From a virus, in IMG/VR virus record IMGVR_UViG_3300044984_003188: a DNA stretch of 64,000 nt; one strand, written 5' to 3'. Of this stretch, positions 1-9,543 are shown one piece after another. Numbering within the stretch: position 1 is the first letter of the stretch; the number at the start of each line of letters is the position of its first letter. Under the pieces are notes generated by a model. It saw only the letters and a program-made list of their open reading frames with translations, was not told the DNA's origin and made no database searches. Made by a program: the position numbers and the translations under genes.

Positions 1-137
1 ATGAAGCATCATTTTGGTCACCAGTAAGTTATTTTGACTATGAGGATGAAATTAATGAGAATAACAAATCAATTAGAGTAATGAACAAATCCTATTATAA
101 TGTTATAGCCCAAAATATGAAAGATATTATTGCGTAA
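1..137 (+). CDS. gp53: Baseplate wedge protein gp53, C-terminal fragment (truncated by window start)
   Basis: Frame 3 reads ...FWSPVSYFDYEDEINENNKSIRVMNKSYY...IIA*, resembling the gp53 C-terminus; its TAA overlaps the next ATG; synteny with hub/gp5. Confidence 0.6.
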   Translation, partial: EASFWSPVSYFDYEDEINENNKSIRVMNKSYYNVIAQNMKDIIA

Positions 138-1354
138 TGTCAAATACAGTAGGTGATATTTCAGTAGACACTCTTCTTATATCTTCTCCGAGAGGCAATT
201 TGGATCTATCATCCAGTTTTGTTGCGGCGTCAATATATGAAAGTGTTTTCACGCCAGGAACAATTTGTGATATTGTTGTTTTAGATTCAACTGATTTTAT
301 CAAAACTCTTAAAATTTCTGGTGATGAAACTGTTAACTTTAAATTTAAATCTTATGGTGGTGAACTAGCATCATTTGTATTTCATCTAAATCAAATTAAA
401 GATGTGCAATCAGTTGGTGCACAAAAAGCCAAAATGTATGCTTTTCAATGTATTTCCAAAGAAATTATGCACTCAAAGACAAATTTGATTCAGAAGTCTT
501 ATAATGTTCTTTGCTCAGAAATGATCAAGGATATCCACACAAATTATCTTAAAAGTACCAAACCATTATTGGATATTGAACCAACTGCAATCCCACAGAA
601 TATTCTAATTCCAAGTCATACACCATATCAAGCAATAAAAACTATTAAAAGAAGATCCATTTCAAGAGAAAATAAATCTTCCGTTTATGTATATTTTGAG
701 ACTAGAGAAAATAACCAGCAGGTATTTAAATTTCTGACATTTGAAAAAATGTTTGCAGCAAATACTGTAAAGACATTCCAGCAATCTGATGCCATCAATA
801 CTGATATCTTCAATATAATACCAGATAATAATATTATAGCATATACGGTTCCAAATCAAATATCATCTATCAATAAAATCAGATATGGTGGTCCTAGAGC
901 AGTAGCACAATTAAATTTTACTACTCAGGAAGAGAAAAAAAATATTATAGACACTACTGGTAATGATCCAAAGATGACTCAAACATTTTTCAATGAATTT
1001 TTTGATGGGGTTCGTAATCCACCACAATCAGTTATTCCAGTCGATATTTCACAAAGATCTGTTACTAAAATTTCAGAAACGACCCCATCAATTGAATCTT
1101 ATATGGCTTCTCTTATACAAAATTCAATGAAACTTAGAGTTCCAGGTGATACTATTCTAGCACCTGGGCAAACCATAGATTGTAAAATTCCATCAAGGAC
1201 AGCTCTTACGGCGCCAGTACAAGATGATTCTGAAATGTCTGGTAAGTTTCTCATTACCAGAATCCACCACAGAATTGGTATGCTTGTGGAAAGACCAAGA
1301 TATACATGTATAATAGAGTGCATCAAGGTAAACTATGAAAGTAATGAAGCATGA
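137..1354 (+). CDS. Baseplate hub / gp27-like tail protein
   Basis: 405 aa between gp53 and gp5; SIYESVF, VPGD..L.PGQ.I and SGKFLITRIHH motifs typical of hub proteins. Confidence 0.65.
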   Translation: MSNTVGDISVDTLLISSPRGNLDLSSSFVAASIYESVFTPGTICDIVVLDSTDFIKTLKISGDETVNFKFKSYGGELASFVFHLNQIKDVQSVGAQKAKMYAFQCISKEIMHSKTNLIQKSYNVLCSEMIKDIHTNYLKSTKPLLDIEPTAIPQNILIPSHTPYQAIKTIKRRSISRENKSSVYVYFETRENNQQVFKFLTFEKMFAANTVKTFQQSDAINTDIFNIIPDNNIIAYTVPNQISSINKIRYGGPRAVAQLNFTTQEEKKNIIDTTGNDPKMTQTFFNEFFDGVRNPPQSVIPVDISQRSVTKISETTPSIESYMASLIQNSMKLRVPGDTILAPGQTIDCKIPSRTALTAPVQDDSEMSGKFLITRIHHRIGMLVERPRYTCIIECIKVNYESNEA

Positions 1355-2979
1355 CAGAACGTAATTTAGGTGAAACAATTTCTTGGTGGGTCGGCACTGT
1401 TGTTGACGTTATGGATCCACATGAAGCAGGTCGACTAAAAGTTCGAATTTTTGGTCGTCATGATGATGTTGTTAATATTCCGGATTCTGCATTACCATGG
1501 GCTCTTGTAGTGCAATCGGTATCATCTGCTGCAATTGGGAAGATCGGTACAGCACCAGTTGGCGCCGTAAAGGGTACTAAAGTTATCGGATTATGGGCTG
1601 ATGAAGATCATCAATATCCTGTGGTTCTTGGTTCTATTGGTAAGTCGGGTGATCCGATCCCAGGTGAATTTGAGAACGGTGCGCCAAAGATTGATTGGTC
1701 ATATGGCAGTATTCCCTCACCTGCACAGGCATCTACTCCTCACCCTTTTAATCCATATGCACAAGTTGGATCCACTCAACCAAGATATAGAATATCTGAT
1801 ATTGATGCCGGGCGTCAATCTATTGCAAGCATTAGAAATAATGATGGGATTCGTATTACATATGCAGTCCAGGCTGGGATGCGCCATCAAAGTACACCAA
1901 GTATTGGATTTGCAAATCCAAGAGATAGGAGAGATGTTCTAGATATTTCTAGATCTGTAAACCCACTTTCAATTGGTTCTATATTTCCTTGCTTACTTTT
2001 AAATATGATAAGTCTTAAGGATCTATTGGCATTCACAACAAGTTTAGTTTCTGCAGCAGCATCGGTCATTCGAAATATAATTGTTGCCGCAATACAAAAT
2101 GCTATTCTAAACCTTGCACAGAGATTAGGTGTATTTAAAGTATTACAAACAATTAATGAAGTTGCAGGTCAAATTCAACAAATCCAAGACTTGTTTAATG
2201 CATTAAATATTCAGATCTGTGGTGTCAATCTTATTAATCAAGGTTTATTTGACGTTGGTAATTTAGCATTTTCCCAAGCACTAAATGGTTTAAATAGTAT
2301 CACAGGTTTTGTTTTGGGTGGTGTCCAAACTGCTATGCAAGTTTCAAGTCAAGTAGCAGCAAATCTATTTGATAATATTGTTACAAGACCAGCAATTGCG
2401 GTATTGACGCCAGATAGCCCTAGACCCATTGCATCACTGGTAGTTTCTGCACCACCGTCAGATTACGTAAGAAGATATTATGATGGCGTTGCACAACAAA
2501 ATCCATTTCCAGGTTATATTACATATGTTGATCCAGTATCGGGAGCAGCTGTTTACGTAAGATCACAGACCCCAGATTACGTGTCGGTATCACAACATAT
2601 GCAGTTTGCAGTTGAGGATTATTTTACTTCTGCTATTTCAGCATCACTTTTAAGTGGTAGGTTTGACCCATCTGTATTGGTTCAAGCTCTAATAGGTGCA
2701 ACTGGCTTTGCTCAAACATTTGCTGCTGCAGCATATCTTGGGCAAAACGTTCAATCATTAGCTAGAGGTATTTCACCAGTGCTGGCTGGATTGGTCGGTG
2801 CAGCACTATTTGTAAATATTTCACAGAATATAAGACCTGCATTAAGAGGGACCGTTCTTCAAGGTTCACTTGTAGAGAAAGCCCTTGACAATTTTGCACA
2901 AGGGCAAGCATTGTTAGCAAGTCGACTTAGGGAAATTAGAGTAGGTATTGGTCAAAGAGCAGCACAGGTAGTTTCATAA
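1351..2979 (+). CDS. gp5: gp5 N-terminal part (OB-fold) with a long non-lysozyme extension
   Basis: WWVGTVVDVMDPHEAGRLKVRIFGRH...LPWA...PVVLGSI is the Gp5 OB domain. Confidence 0.8.
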   Translation: MTERNLGETISWWVGTVVDVMDPHEAGRLKVRIFGRHDDVVNIPDSALPWALVVQSVSSAAIGKIGTAPVGAVKGTKVIGLWADEDHQYPVVLGSIGKSGDPIPGEFENGAPKIDWSYGSIPSPAQASTPHPFNPYAQVGSTQPRYRISDIDAGRQSIASIRNNDGIRITYAVQAGMRHQSTPSIGFANPRDRRDVLDISRSVNPLSIGSIFPCLLLNMISLKDLLAFTTSLVSAAASVIRNIIVAAIQNAILNLAQRLGVFKVLQTINEVAGQIQQIQDLFNALNIQICGVNLINQGLFDVGNLAFSQALNGLNSITGFVLGGVQTAMQVSSQVAANLFDNIVTRPAIAVLTPDSPRPIASLVVSAPPSDYVRRYYDGVAQQNPFPGYITYVDPVSGAAVYVRSQTPDYVSVSQHMQFAVEDYFTSAISASLLSGRFDPSVLVQALIGATGFAQTFAAAAYLGQNVQSLARGISPVLAGLVGAALFVNISQNIRPALRGTVLQGSLVEKALDNFAQGQALLASRLREIRVGIGQRAAQVVS

Positions 2980-3677
2980 TGTCAGACGTAAATTATAATA
3001 CAAGAAATCCGGATTCTTCGTTTAATACGGAATATCCTTATAACCAAGCAACAATTACTAGATCGGGGCATGAGTTTTATATCAATGATGCACCTGGTAT
3101 GGAAAGTCTACGATTAGCACACACGAAGGGAACATTTATTGAAATAAATGAAACCGGAAAGCTCAATCAAGTAGTTGTTGATAAAGCATATTTTTATTAT
3201 AAAGATGGCTTCACCGAAACCATCGACGGGCATAAAGATGTTATTATTGCAGGTGCTCTCAAAACCACAGTTGAAAATTCCATGGAAGAAATAGTTTCAG
3301 GGAATAGATATAACACCATTGGTGGCGATGGCGTTCTAACAGTTGCACAATCATATCAAGAAACAATTTTAAATGATCATGGTGAAGTTGTTGGTGGTAA
3401 AAGAACATCTAGAATAGAAGGTAGTTTAGAATCTAGCATACTTGGTGACAGAGTAGAAACGGTTGAAGGCGTAAAAGTTGATGGTCTATCCCAAGACTGG
3501 TTCACCAAAGCCGGTGGTGGAATTGAAATGCAAGCAGATGGAACCGTTCGATTTAAGTGTAAAAGATTTGTGGTTGATGCCGAAGAAATAGTTCTTACAA
3601 CATCCGCTGGTAATATTACCATAACAGCAGCAGGTATTATCAATGCTAGTGGTCAACAAATCCGTCTTAATGATTAA
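2979..3677 (+). CDS. gp5: gp5 C-terminal beta-helix spike, encoded separately
   Basis: YPYNQATITRSGHEFYINDAPG.E.L.L.H..GTFIEI followed by 8-residue VxGx repeats. Confidence 0.8.
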   Translation: MSDVNYNTRNPDSSFNTEYPYNQATITRSGHEFYINDAPGMESLRLAHTKGTFIEINETGKLNQVVVDKAYFYYKDGFTETIDGHKDVIIAGALKTTVENSMEEIVSGNRYNTIGGDGVLTVAQSYQETILNDHGEVVGGKRTSRIEGSLESSILGDRVETVEGVKVDGLSQDWFTKAGGGIEMQADGTVRFKCKRFVVDAEEIVLTTSAGNITITAAGIINASGQQIRLND

Positions 3678-3683
3678 ATAAAT

Positions 3684-3941
3684 ATGTCAAACATACTAAG
3701 AAAAAATATAGATTTTGCTGGTGGATTGATTGTTACAGGTTCGCCAAATGTTTTTGTTAATGGGGCTTCTGTAGTGCGAATTGGTGATACAGTAAATTCT
3801 CACGGTGATCATGGTGTTTCATATATGATAACCGGTTCTTCCAAAGTATTTGTCAACGGACTTGGGCTTTGTAGAGCAGGTGATATGGCTTCATGTGGTG
3901 ATTATGGTACTGGCGGCTCTCCAAACACCTTTGCAGGATAA
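3684..3941 (+). CDS. PAAR-domain spike tip protein (gp5.4-like)
   Basis: GSPNVFVNG..VVRIGD...H and GSSKVFVNG...RAGD..SCG repeats. Confidence 0.85.
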   Translation: MSNILRKNIDFAGGLIVTGSPNVFVNGASVVRIGDTVNSHGDHGVSYMITGSSKVFVNGLGLCRAGDMASCGDYGTGGSPNTFAG

Positions 3942-3946
3942 GTTAA

Positions 3947-4369
3947 ATGTCATTAAGAGCAGATAATATAACACAAATAACAAAAACCCCTGATATCTTT
4001 TCAGACTTTTTCACAGATTTTTCAAAACATCCTGTCACCAAAGAGTTAGCAAGACTTCGTAATGATCAGTCCATAAAGCAAGCATTACGAAATCTTATAT
4101 TGACAAATTATGGTGAAAGATTGTTTCAACCAAATATTGGATCCAATATTCAGAGATCCTTATTTGAACCAAACGATATTATAGCTGCCGAAGATATTAG
4201 ATATCACATTGAAACTACAGTTAGACAAAATGAATCAAGAGTCACTTTGCTTCAGGTCGAAGTATTTTCAGATCAAGCAAATGATTCTGTTATTATAAAT
4301 GTGGTATTTGCAATAATAAGCACTAATCAAATTCAATCACTAGATGTGGTTCTTAGAAGAGTAAGATAA
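3947..4369 (+). CDS. gp25: Baseplate wedge subunit gp25
   Basis: SIKQALRNLILTNYGERLFQPNIGS motif. Confidence 0.92.
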   Translation: MSLRADNITQITKTPDIFSDFFTDFSKHPVTKELARLRNDQSIKQALRNLILTNYGERLFQPNIGSNIQRSLFEPNDIIAAEDIRYHIETTVRQNESRVTLLQVEVFSDQANDSVIINVVFAIISTNQIQSLDVVLRRVR

Positions 4370-4373
4370 TCAG

Positions 4374-6194
4374 ATGCAAAACACTTCCATTTCACTTGTA
4401 TCACTAGACTTCGACACAATAAAAACATCACTCAAAACATATCTTAAGTCTCAAGATAGATTTAAGGATTATGATTTTGATGGTTCTAATATGTCAGTAC
4501 TACTTGATATTCTAGCATATAATACATATAAGAATGCTTTTTATCTAAACATGGTTGCAGCAGAGTCTTTTCTTGATTCTGCACAGATCAGAGATTCAGT
4601 TGTTTCAAAAGCAAAAGAGTTGAACTATACACCAAGATCTAGAAAATCATCCATTGCAAAACTAAATCTACAATTCCCACAGTCAGGATTGCAAACATTT
4701 GTTATACCTACAGGGACTAGATTCTCTGGGCAGAACTCAAATAGCACATATTCATATGTATCAAATCAAGCAGTCATCCTATATCCGAGTGGTGGATATT
4801 TTACCACAACCGATTATCCTGTATATGAAGGTCGCTTTTTAACCGAAGCATATATTATGGACTATTCAGTTGAAAGACAACGATTCCTTCTTTCAAATCC
4901 ACAGATAGACACAGATAGTCTTACTATAACTGTAAGTGAGGATAATGGAATCACTTTCACCGAATATACTTCCGCTGTAAGTCTATTTGATCTGACCGCA
5001 AATTCAACTGTATTCTTCATTCAAAGTGCCGAAAATAACAAGTATGAAGTAGTATTTGGTGACGGTATTCTAGGTAAAAGACCTATGGATAGTTCTATTA
5101 TCAGAGCACAATATAGAGTCACAAATGGTACTGATGGTAATGGATCCACAAATTTTGTTTTGGATGATAATTTGGGTGCAGTCAATGGTTTGGGGACTGC
5201 GGTTGTTCCAACTATAGTATCTTCTGCTGCTTATGGTGGCGCTGAAAGAGAATCAATTGATTCTATTCGCTATAATGCACCAAGACATTATGAAACTCAA
5301 GAAAGAGCCATTACAACCAATGACTTCAAAGCACTTCTACTAAACCAATTCACAAATATAAAAGCCGTAAACATATATGGCGGTGAAGATGTGAAGGATT
5401 CGGTGCGCTATGGTAGAGTCTATGTGGTACCTGTTACATATTCTGGTGTTACACTCACCACAAATGAAAAGTCGGATATTGAAAAATATCTTAAGGATAG
5501 AACAGTGCTGGGGATCACTCCATATGTAATTGATCCAGAAACTCTATATCTTGTTATTAATTCAAATGTCAATTATGACAAAAAGTTAACTTCACTCACA
5601 CCGACTGATATTGCTTCAATTGTGAAGTCTGCTATTGAAACTTACAATGTGAATAGTCTGCTTGATTTCAATATTGAATTTCTGCTATCTGATTTTACAA
5701 CAATGATTGACAATTCTTATACTGCAATAAGTTCAAATGAGACCAAGATTCAGTTGAAGAAAATTTCATCAATAGGTATAGACAAGCCAGCTTATATTGC
5801 AATTGAATATAATAATAAGATTATTCCTGGCACCGTAATCAGCAGTGAATTTTCATCGGGTGACAGAACTTATAGATATACTGACTATAATCCAAATAAC
5901 AATACACTCTCAATAGTGCAAAATGCAAATGGAACTACCATAATAAATAGTTCTAAGAACATGTACCTTTGCGACATCACTTCAGTAGGTCAACAAACCT
6001 ATACTGTGGCTGGAACAATCGACTACGAAATTGGTCATATTGATTTGAATCTCATAACTATAAATTCATTCAATGGGAATCTTGGGGTTGAATTTTACGC
6101 TACACCTATTGCTGAAAATATAAAAGCTGGTAGAAATGATCTGCTCACTATTGATGTGGAATATGGAATAAATGTTATTGCTAGAGAAGAATAA
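4374..6194 (+). CDS. gp6: Baseplate wedge subunit gp6
   Basis: LDFDTIKTSLKTYLKSQ..FKDYDFDGSNMSVLLDILAYNT; FGDGILG; RAITTND. Confidence 0.93.
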   Translation: MQNTSISLVSLDFDTIKTSLKTYLKSQDRFKDYDFDGSNMSVLLDILAYNTYKNAFYLNMVAAESFLDSAQIRDSVVSKAKELNYTPRSRKSSIAKLNLQFPQSGLQTFVIPTGTRFSGQNSNSTYSYVSNQAVILYPSGGYFTTTDYPVYEGRFLTEAYIMDYSVERQRFLLSNPQIDTDSLTITVSEDNGITFTEYTSAVSLFDLTANSTVFFIQSAENNKYEVVFGDGILGKRPMDSSIIRAQYRVTNGTDGNGSTNFVLDDNLGAVNGLGTAVVPTIVSSAAYGGAERESIDSIRYNAPRHYETQERAITTNDFKALLLNQFTNIKAVNIYGGEDVKDSVRYGRVYVVPVTYSGVTLTTNEKSDIEKYLKDRTVLGITPYVIDPETLYLVINSNVNYDKKLTSLTPTDIASIVKSAIETYNVNSLLDFNIEFLLSDFTTMIDNSYTAISSNETKIQLKKISSIGIDKPAYIAIEYNNKIIPGTVISSEFSSGDRTYRYTDYNPNNNTLSIVQNANGTTIINSSKNMYLCDITSVGQQTYTVAGTIDYEIGHIDLNLITINSFNGNLGVEFYATPIAENIKAGRNDLLTIDVEYGINVIAREE

Positions 6195-6200
6195 TCAATA

Positions 6201-9200
6201 ATGTATATTGACAAATATATATCGCCACTTATTGCTAACCAATTCCCTGCTTTCTATAAAGATCAGGGACCTAATTTTATAGCATTTGTAAAAGCCTATT
6301 ATGAATGGGCAGAGCAAAGTGGCAACTTCATAGAACAATCTAGATCTCTATTTGATAATCTAGACATTGACAGCACATCAGCAGAGTTCATAAGCCACTT
6401 TAAATCCCAATACGTTTCATTGCTCCCTGATTCCATTCTGGGTGATAAGCGTTTACTGATGAAACACATTTTGGATTTGTATAGATCCAAAGGTACACCT
6501 AGAGCATATAATCTATTATTCAGAATCCTATTCAATGAGGATATTGAGTTCTATATTCCAAATGATTATATTTTTAAAGCATCAGATAATGAATGGTTTG
6601 TTCCTAGATATATTGAGGTTACTGGATCCCCATATTTAAAGAATCTTATTGGCAAAAGAATATCATCAGTAGGTGAAACAAACTCCGCTGTTGTGGACAA
6701 TTTTGCAAACGTCGTTCGAAACGGCAAAGAAATAAACATTTTGTTTTTAATTGCAATCAATGGTGAATTTAATACCGGATCTAGAATAGTATGTGATGAT
6801 CTTTATATTGGAACATCTGGTGCTTTTATTGACAATTATGCATATTCTCAGCTATCAGATGCCGATAAAGCATCCTATTCTCTAGTCTACACAGATACCA
6901 ATGGTCCATTTATTACCGGTTCCTTAAGTTCTGTCATTATTGAAGATGGCGGGACTGGTTTTAGTGTTGGTGATACTCTAAGCATCCAGGATGGATCCGG
7001 ATCAGAAGGTAAACTAAAAGTACTTAGAATCGGTAATGATACAAGTGGTAAAGTTTCATTTGCTATTATTGATGGTGGTTCTGGTTATACTCTAAATGCA
7101 AATGTGGTAGTGAGTGGTGGCGGTGGTGCTGGTGCCACATTTAAAGTTGGTGGTCTAATAGATAAAGAGCTTATCTATATCAATACCGATCTTATTCCAA
7201 CATATAGTAATACAAGTCTAGAATCAAATACTGCAGGCATGACGCTTGGCATTTCCGGAAATGCGGCCGCATTCTCTGCCACTGGAAATTTAATCACTTC
7301 GAGCTCAAATGTCATTGTAGCAGATGTTACATCTACAACCCTGAATAAGATTGCCAATGGAACATATGTTTCCAATACCACTTTGGGTATAAATCTCTAT
7401 GCATATAGATCTGAAGGATCATTGGTTTGGTTTACTTCCACAACTGATTCAGATTTAAATAATGCAAATATAGTTGCTGGTGCTATTGTCGGCAATGCAG
7501 CACAGAATGCATTTGTAAGTCTTAATACCGTCTGGCCTAAAACAGCCGTGACTGGTAATGCTGTAATAGTATCCAGTAATTCAACCGCAATTATAGCAAA
7601 TACAGTCAATGGATATTTCATCACAACTGGTACTGTGCGAGATGTTTTCACCACAGGCACCACAAATGTAAATGCATCTATTACCTCCGTAACAAGAAAT
7701 ACCGATTGGACTTTTGCTAATTCGGTGTCAGCATTGGATAATCTAGATTCTGTTATTGGGCAAGTACTGAACTTTCAAGAAGTTGAAATTGGCACTATTG
7801 CATTCCTTTCAGAACAAAATCCAGGCTCAAACTACGTTGAGAATCCTACAGTCACGGTGACTCAACCTGAAGTTTATGCTTATTTTATTCCAGATGGGAG
7901 AGGTGGTTTCAAAGGTAATAATGCAATCGTTAAAGGTTATACATCATTTGCTAATGGAGTTGTCACCGGAGCCGAAGTTATTTCATCTGGATATGGGTAT
8001 ATTGATGGTGAAAGTATAACAGCACAAAGTGATACCACAAATAATTCCATTTCAATCATCACCGTTGTTGATTCAACTGGTAAAGGTATGGGCAGATGGA
8101 GAAATAGCAAGAGCTTTATCTCCGATATAAACTATCTTCAAGACAGCAAATTCTATCAGCAATATTCATATCAGATTCTTGCCCCAAGAATGCTTGAGAC
8201 TTATGATACATTTGTTCGTGATATCGTCCATCAATCTGGTCTTGCTCTATACGGTAAATATCAACTCAAGGATTTTCAGTCATCCGAGAGTACCTTTGAA
8301 TATGCATCAAATACCCAAACATTTGTCACAGACAATCCAGTCCTGAATCTAGATTTCACCACACAGACTATCAATTCACTTGCTATTTTCACTAGAACAT
8401 CCAATGGGTATTATCTAGATGCTAATGGTAATATGTCAGTGGCAAGTGCTAATACACCTAGATATGAATATTATTCTAATGGATCATTCCGTGGGCTTCT
8501 GATTGAATCTCAGAGAACTAATTCAATCAGAAATAATAGCATGACTGGCGCAAATACCACCACAAATGCACTTCCAACTAATTGGAGTATATTTGCTTCA
8601 AGTGGTTTGGCAACAAGAGTTGTGGGGACTGGTGTTGTAAACGGTATTGATTACATTGATCTAAGAATAGTTGGAACCTCAACCACCACTTTTTATGTGT
8701 TGGCATTTGACGGTTCTGTTATTGCTACAACTGCAGCACAGCGTTGGACAGAATCTTTCTGGATTTCATTGCTCTCTGGATCACTCACAAATATAACCAG
8801 TTGCAATATCAATATAAGATGGTCAGGTGGCACAGATGCAGATGGCGCATTTACTCCTACCTCTACATTTACAAGAATTTCACACACAGGGCTTTCACCA
8901 ACTGGAACAACCGGTGTTTATCCTGCTCTATATTTGAATTTCTCTTCTGGTGTCTATGTTGATCTTACATTGAGAATTGGCATGCCTCAGATGGAGCTAG
9001 GTACTTCCATGAGTAGTGTCATCAGAACCACAACTGCAACTGCAACAAGAGCAGGTGATGTTCTTACAGTCAATTCAACCAGTTTCTCTAGCATATATAA
9101 TGAGATATCTAGAGCTGGTGCAGTCTATATTGATGCAGTATTTCCACCAGTAACATCCTCCAATTTTGGTGTATTTGGCATTAGCAATAATAATGCCTTT

Positions 9201-9530
9201 GCAAATTCTTCATACTTTAGCTATTCAAATGCTTCGACAACATACTTTTGGTCTATTGGTGTTGCCACAGCTGCAGGTAATACCACAACACTTCTACCAG
9301 GAAGAAATAAAATTGCCGCTGCATGGACTAGCAATACAATTAAAACTGGTTTAAATGGTGTAATTGTTGGCGATGGCACCGGTACAATTGGATCACGATT
9401 TAATACATATAACCGTATGTACATTGGTGCTCTCTGGGATGGATCAAGTCAGTTTAATGGGCACTTCCGACAAGTAAAATTCTATAATAAAACAAAATCA
9501 AATACAGAAATTATTGCTTTAACTTCTTAA
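6201..9530 (+). CDS. gp7: Baseplate wedge initiator gp7-like protein with a fused C-terminal beta-sandwich module
   Basis: QFPAFYK..GPNFIAFVKAYYEW, LYRSKGT, LQDSKFYQQYSYQI, VHQSG motifs; position between gp6 and gp8. Confidence 0.75.
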   Translation: MYIDKYISPLIANQFPAFYKDQGPNFIAFVKAYYEWAEQSGNFIEQSRSLFDNLDIDSTSAEFISHFKSQYVSLLPDSILGDKRLLMKHILDLYRSKGTPRAYNLLFRILFNEDIEFYIPNDYIFKASDNEWFVPRYIEVTGSPYLKNLIGKRISSVGETNSAVVDNFANVVRNGKEINILFLIAINGEFNTGSRIVCDDLYIGTSGAFIDNYAYSQLSDADKASYSLVYTDTNGPFITGSLSSVIIEDGGTGFSVGDTLSIQDGSGSEGKLKVLRIGNDTSGKVSFAIIDGGSGYTLNANVVVSGGGGAGATFKVGGLIDKELIYINTDLIPTYSNTSLESNTAGMTLGISGNAAAFSATGNLITSSSNVIVADVTSTTLNKIANGTYVSNTTLGINLYAYRSEGSLVWFTSTTDSDLNNANIVAGAIVGNAAQNAFVSLNTVWPKTAVTGNAVIVSSNSTAIIANTVNGYFITTGTVRDVFTTGTTNVNASITSVTRNTDWTFANSVSALDNLDSVIGQVLNFQEVEIGTIAFLSEQNPGSNYVENPTVTVTQPEVYAYFIPDGRGGFKGNNAIVKGYTSFANGVVTGAEVISSGYGYIDGESITAQSDTTNNSISIITVVDSTGKGMGRWRNSKSFISDINYLQDSKFYQQYSYQILAPRMLETYDTFVRDIVHQSGLALYGKYQLKDFQSSESTFEYASNTQTFVTDNPVLNLDFTTQTINSLAIFTRTSNGYYLDANGNMSVASANTPRYEYYSNGSFRGLLIESQRTNSIRNNSMTGANTTTNALPTNWSIFASSGLATRVVGTGVVNGIDYIDLRIVGTSTTTFYVLAFDGSVIATTAAQRWTESFWISLLSGSLTNITSCNINIRWSGGTDADGAFTPTSTFTRISHTGLSPTGTTGVYPALYLNFSSGVYVDLTLRIGMPQMELGTSMSSVIRTTTATATRAGDVLTVNSTSFSSIYNEISRAGAVYIDAVFPPVTSSNFGVFGISNNNAFANSSYFSYSNASTTYFWSIGVATAAGNTTTLLPGRNKIAAAWTSNTIKTGLNGVIVGDGTGTIGSRFNTYNRMYIGALWDGSSQFNGHFRQVKFYNKTKSNTEIIALTS

Positions 9531-9543
9531 AATAGGCATAGTA

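Noticed and set aside
2965-2985. Programmed frameshift fusing the two gp5 halves
   Set aside because: No slippery heptamer at the junction; the TAATG overlap is ordinary translational coupling seen at many junctions here
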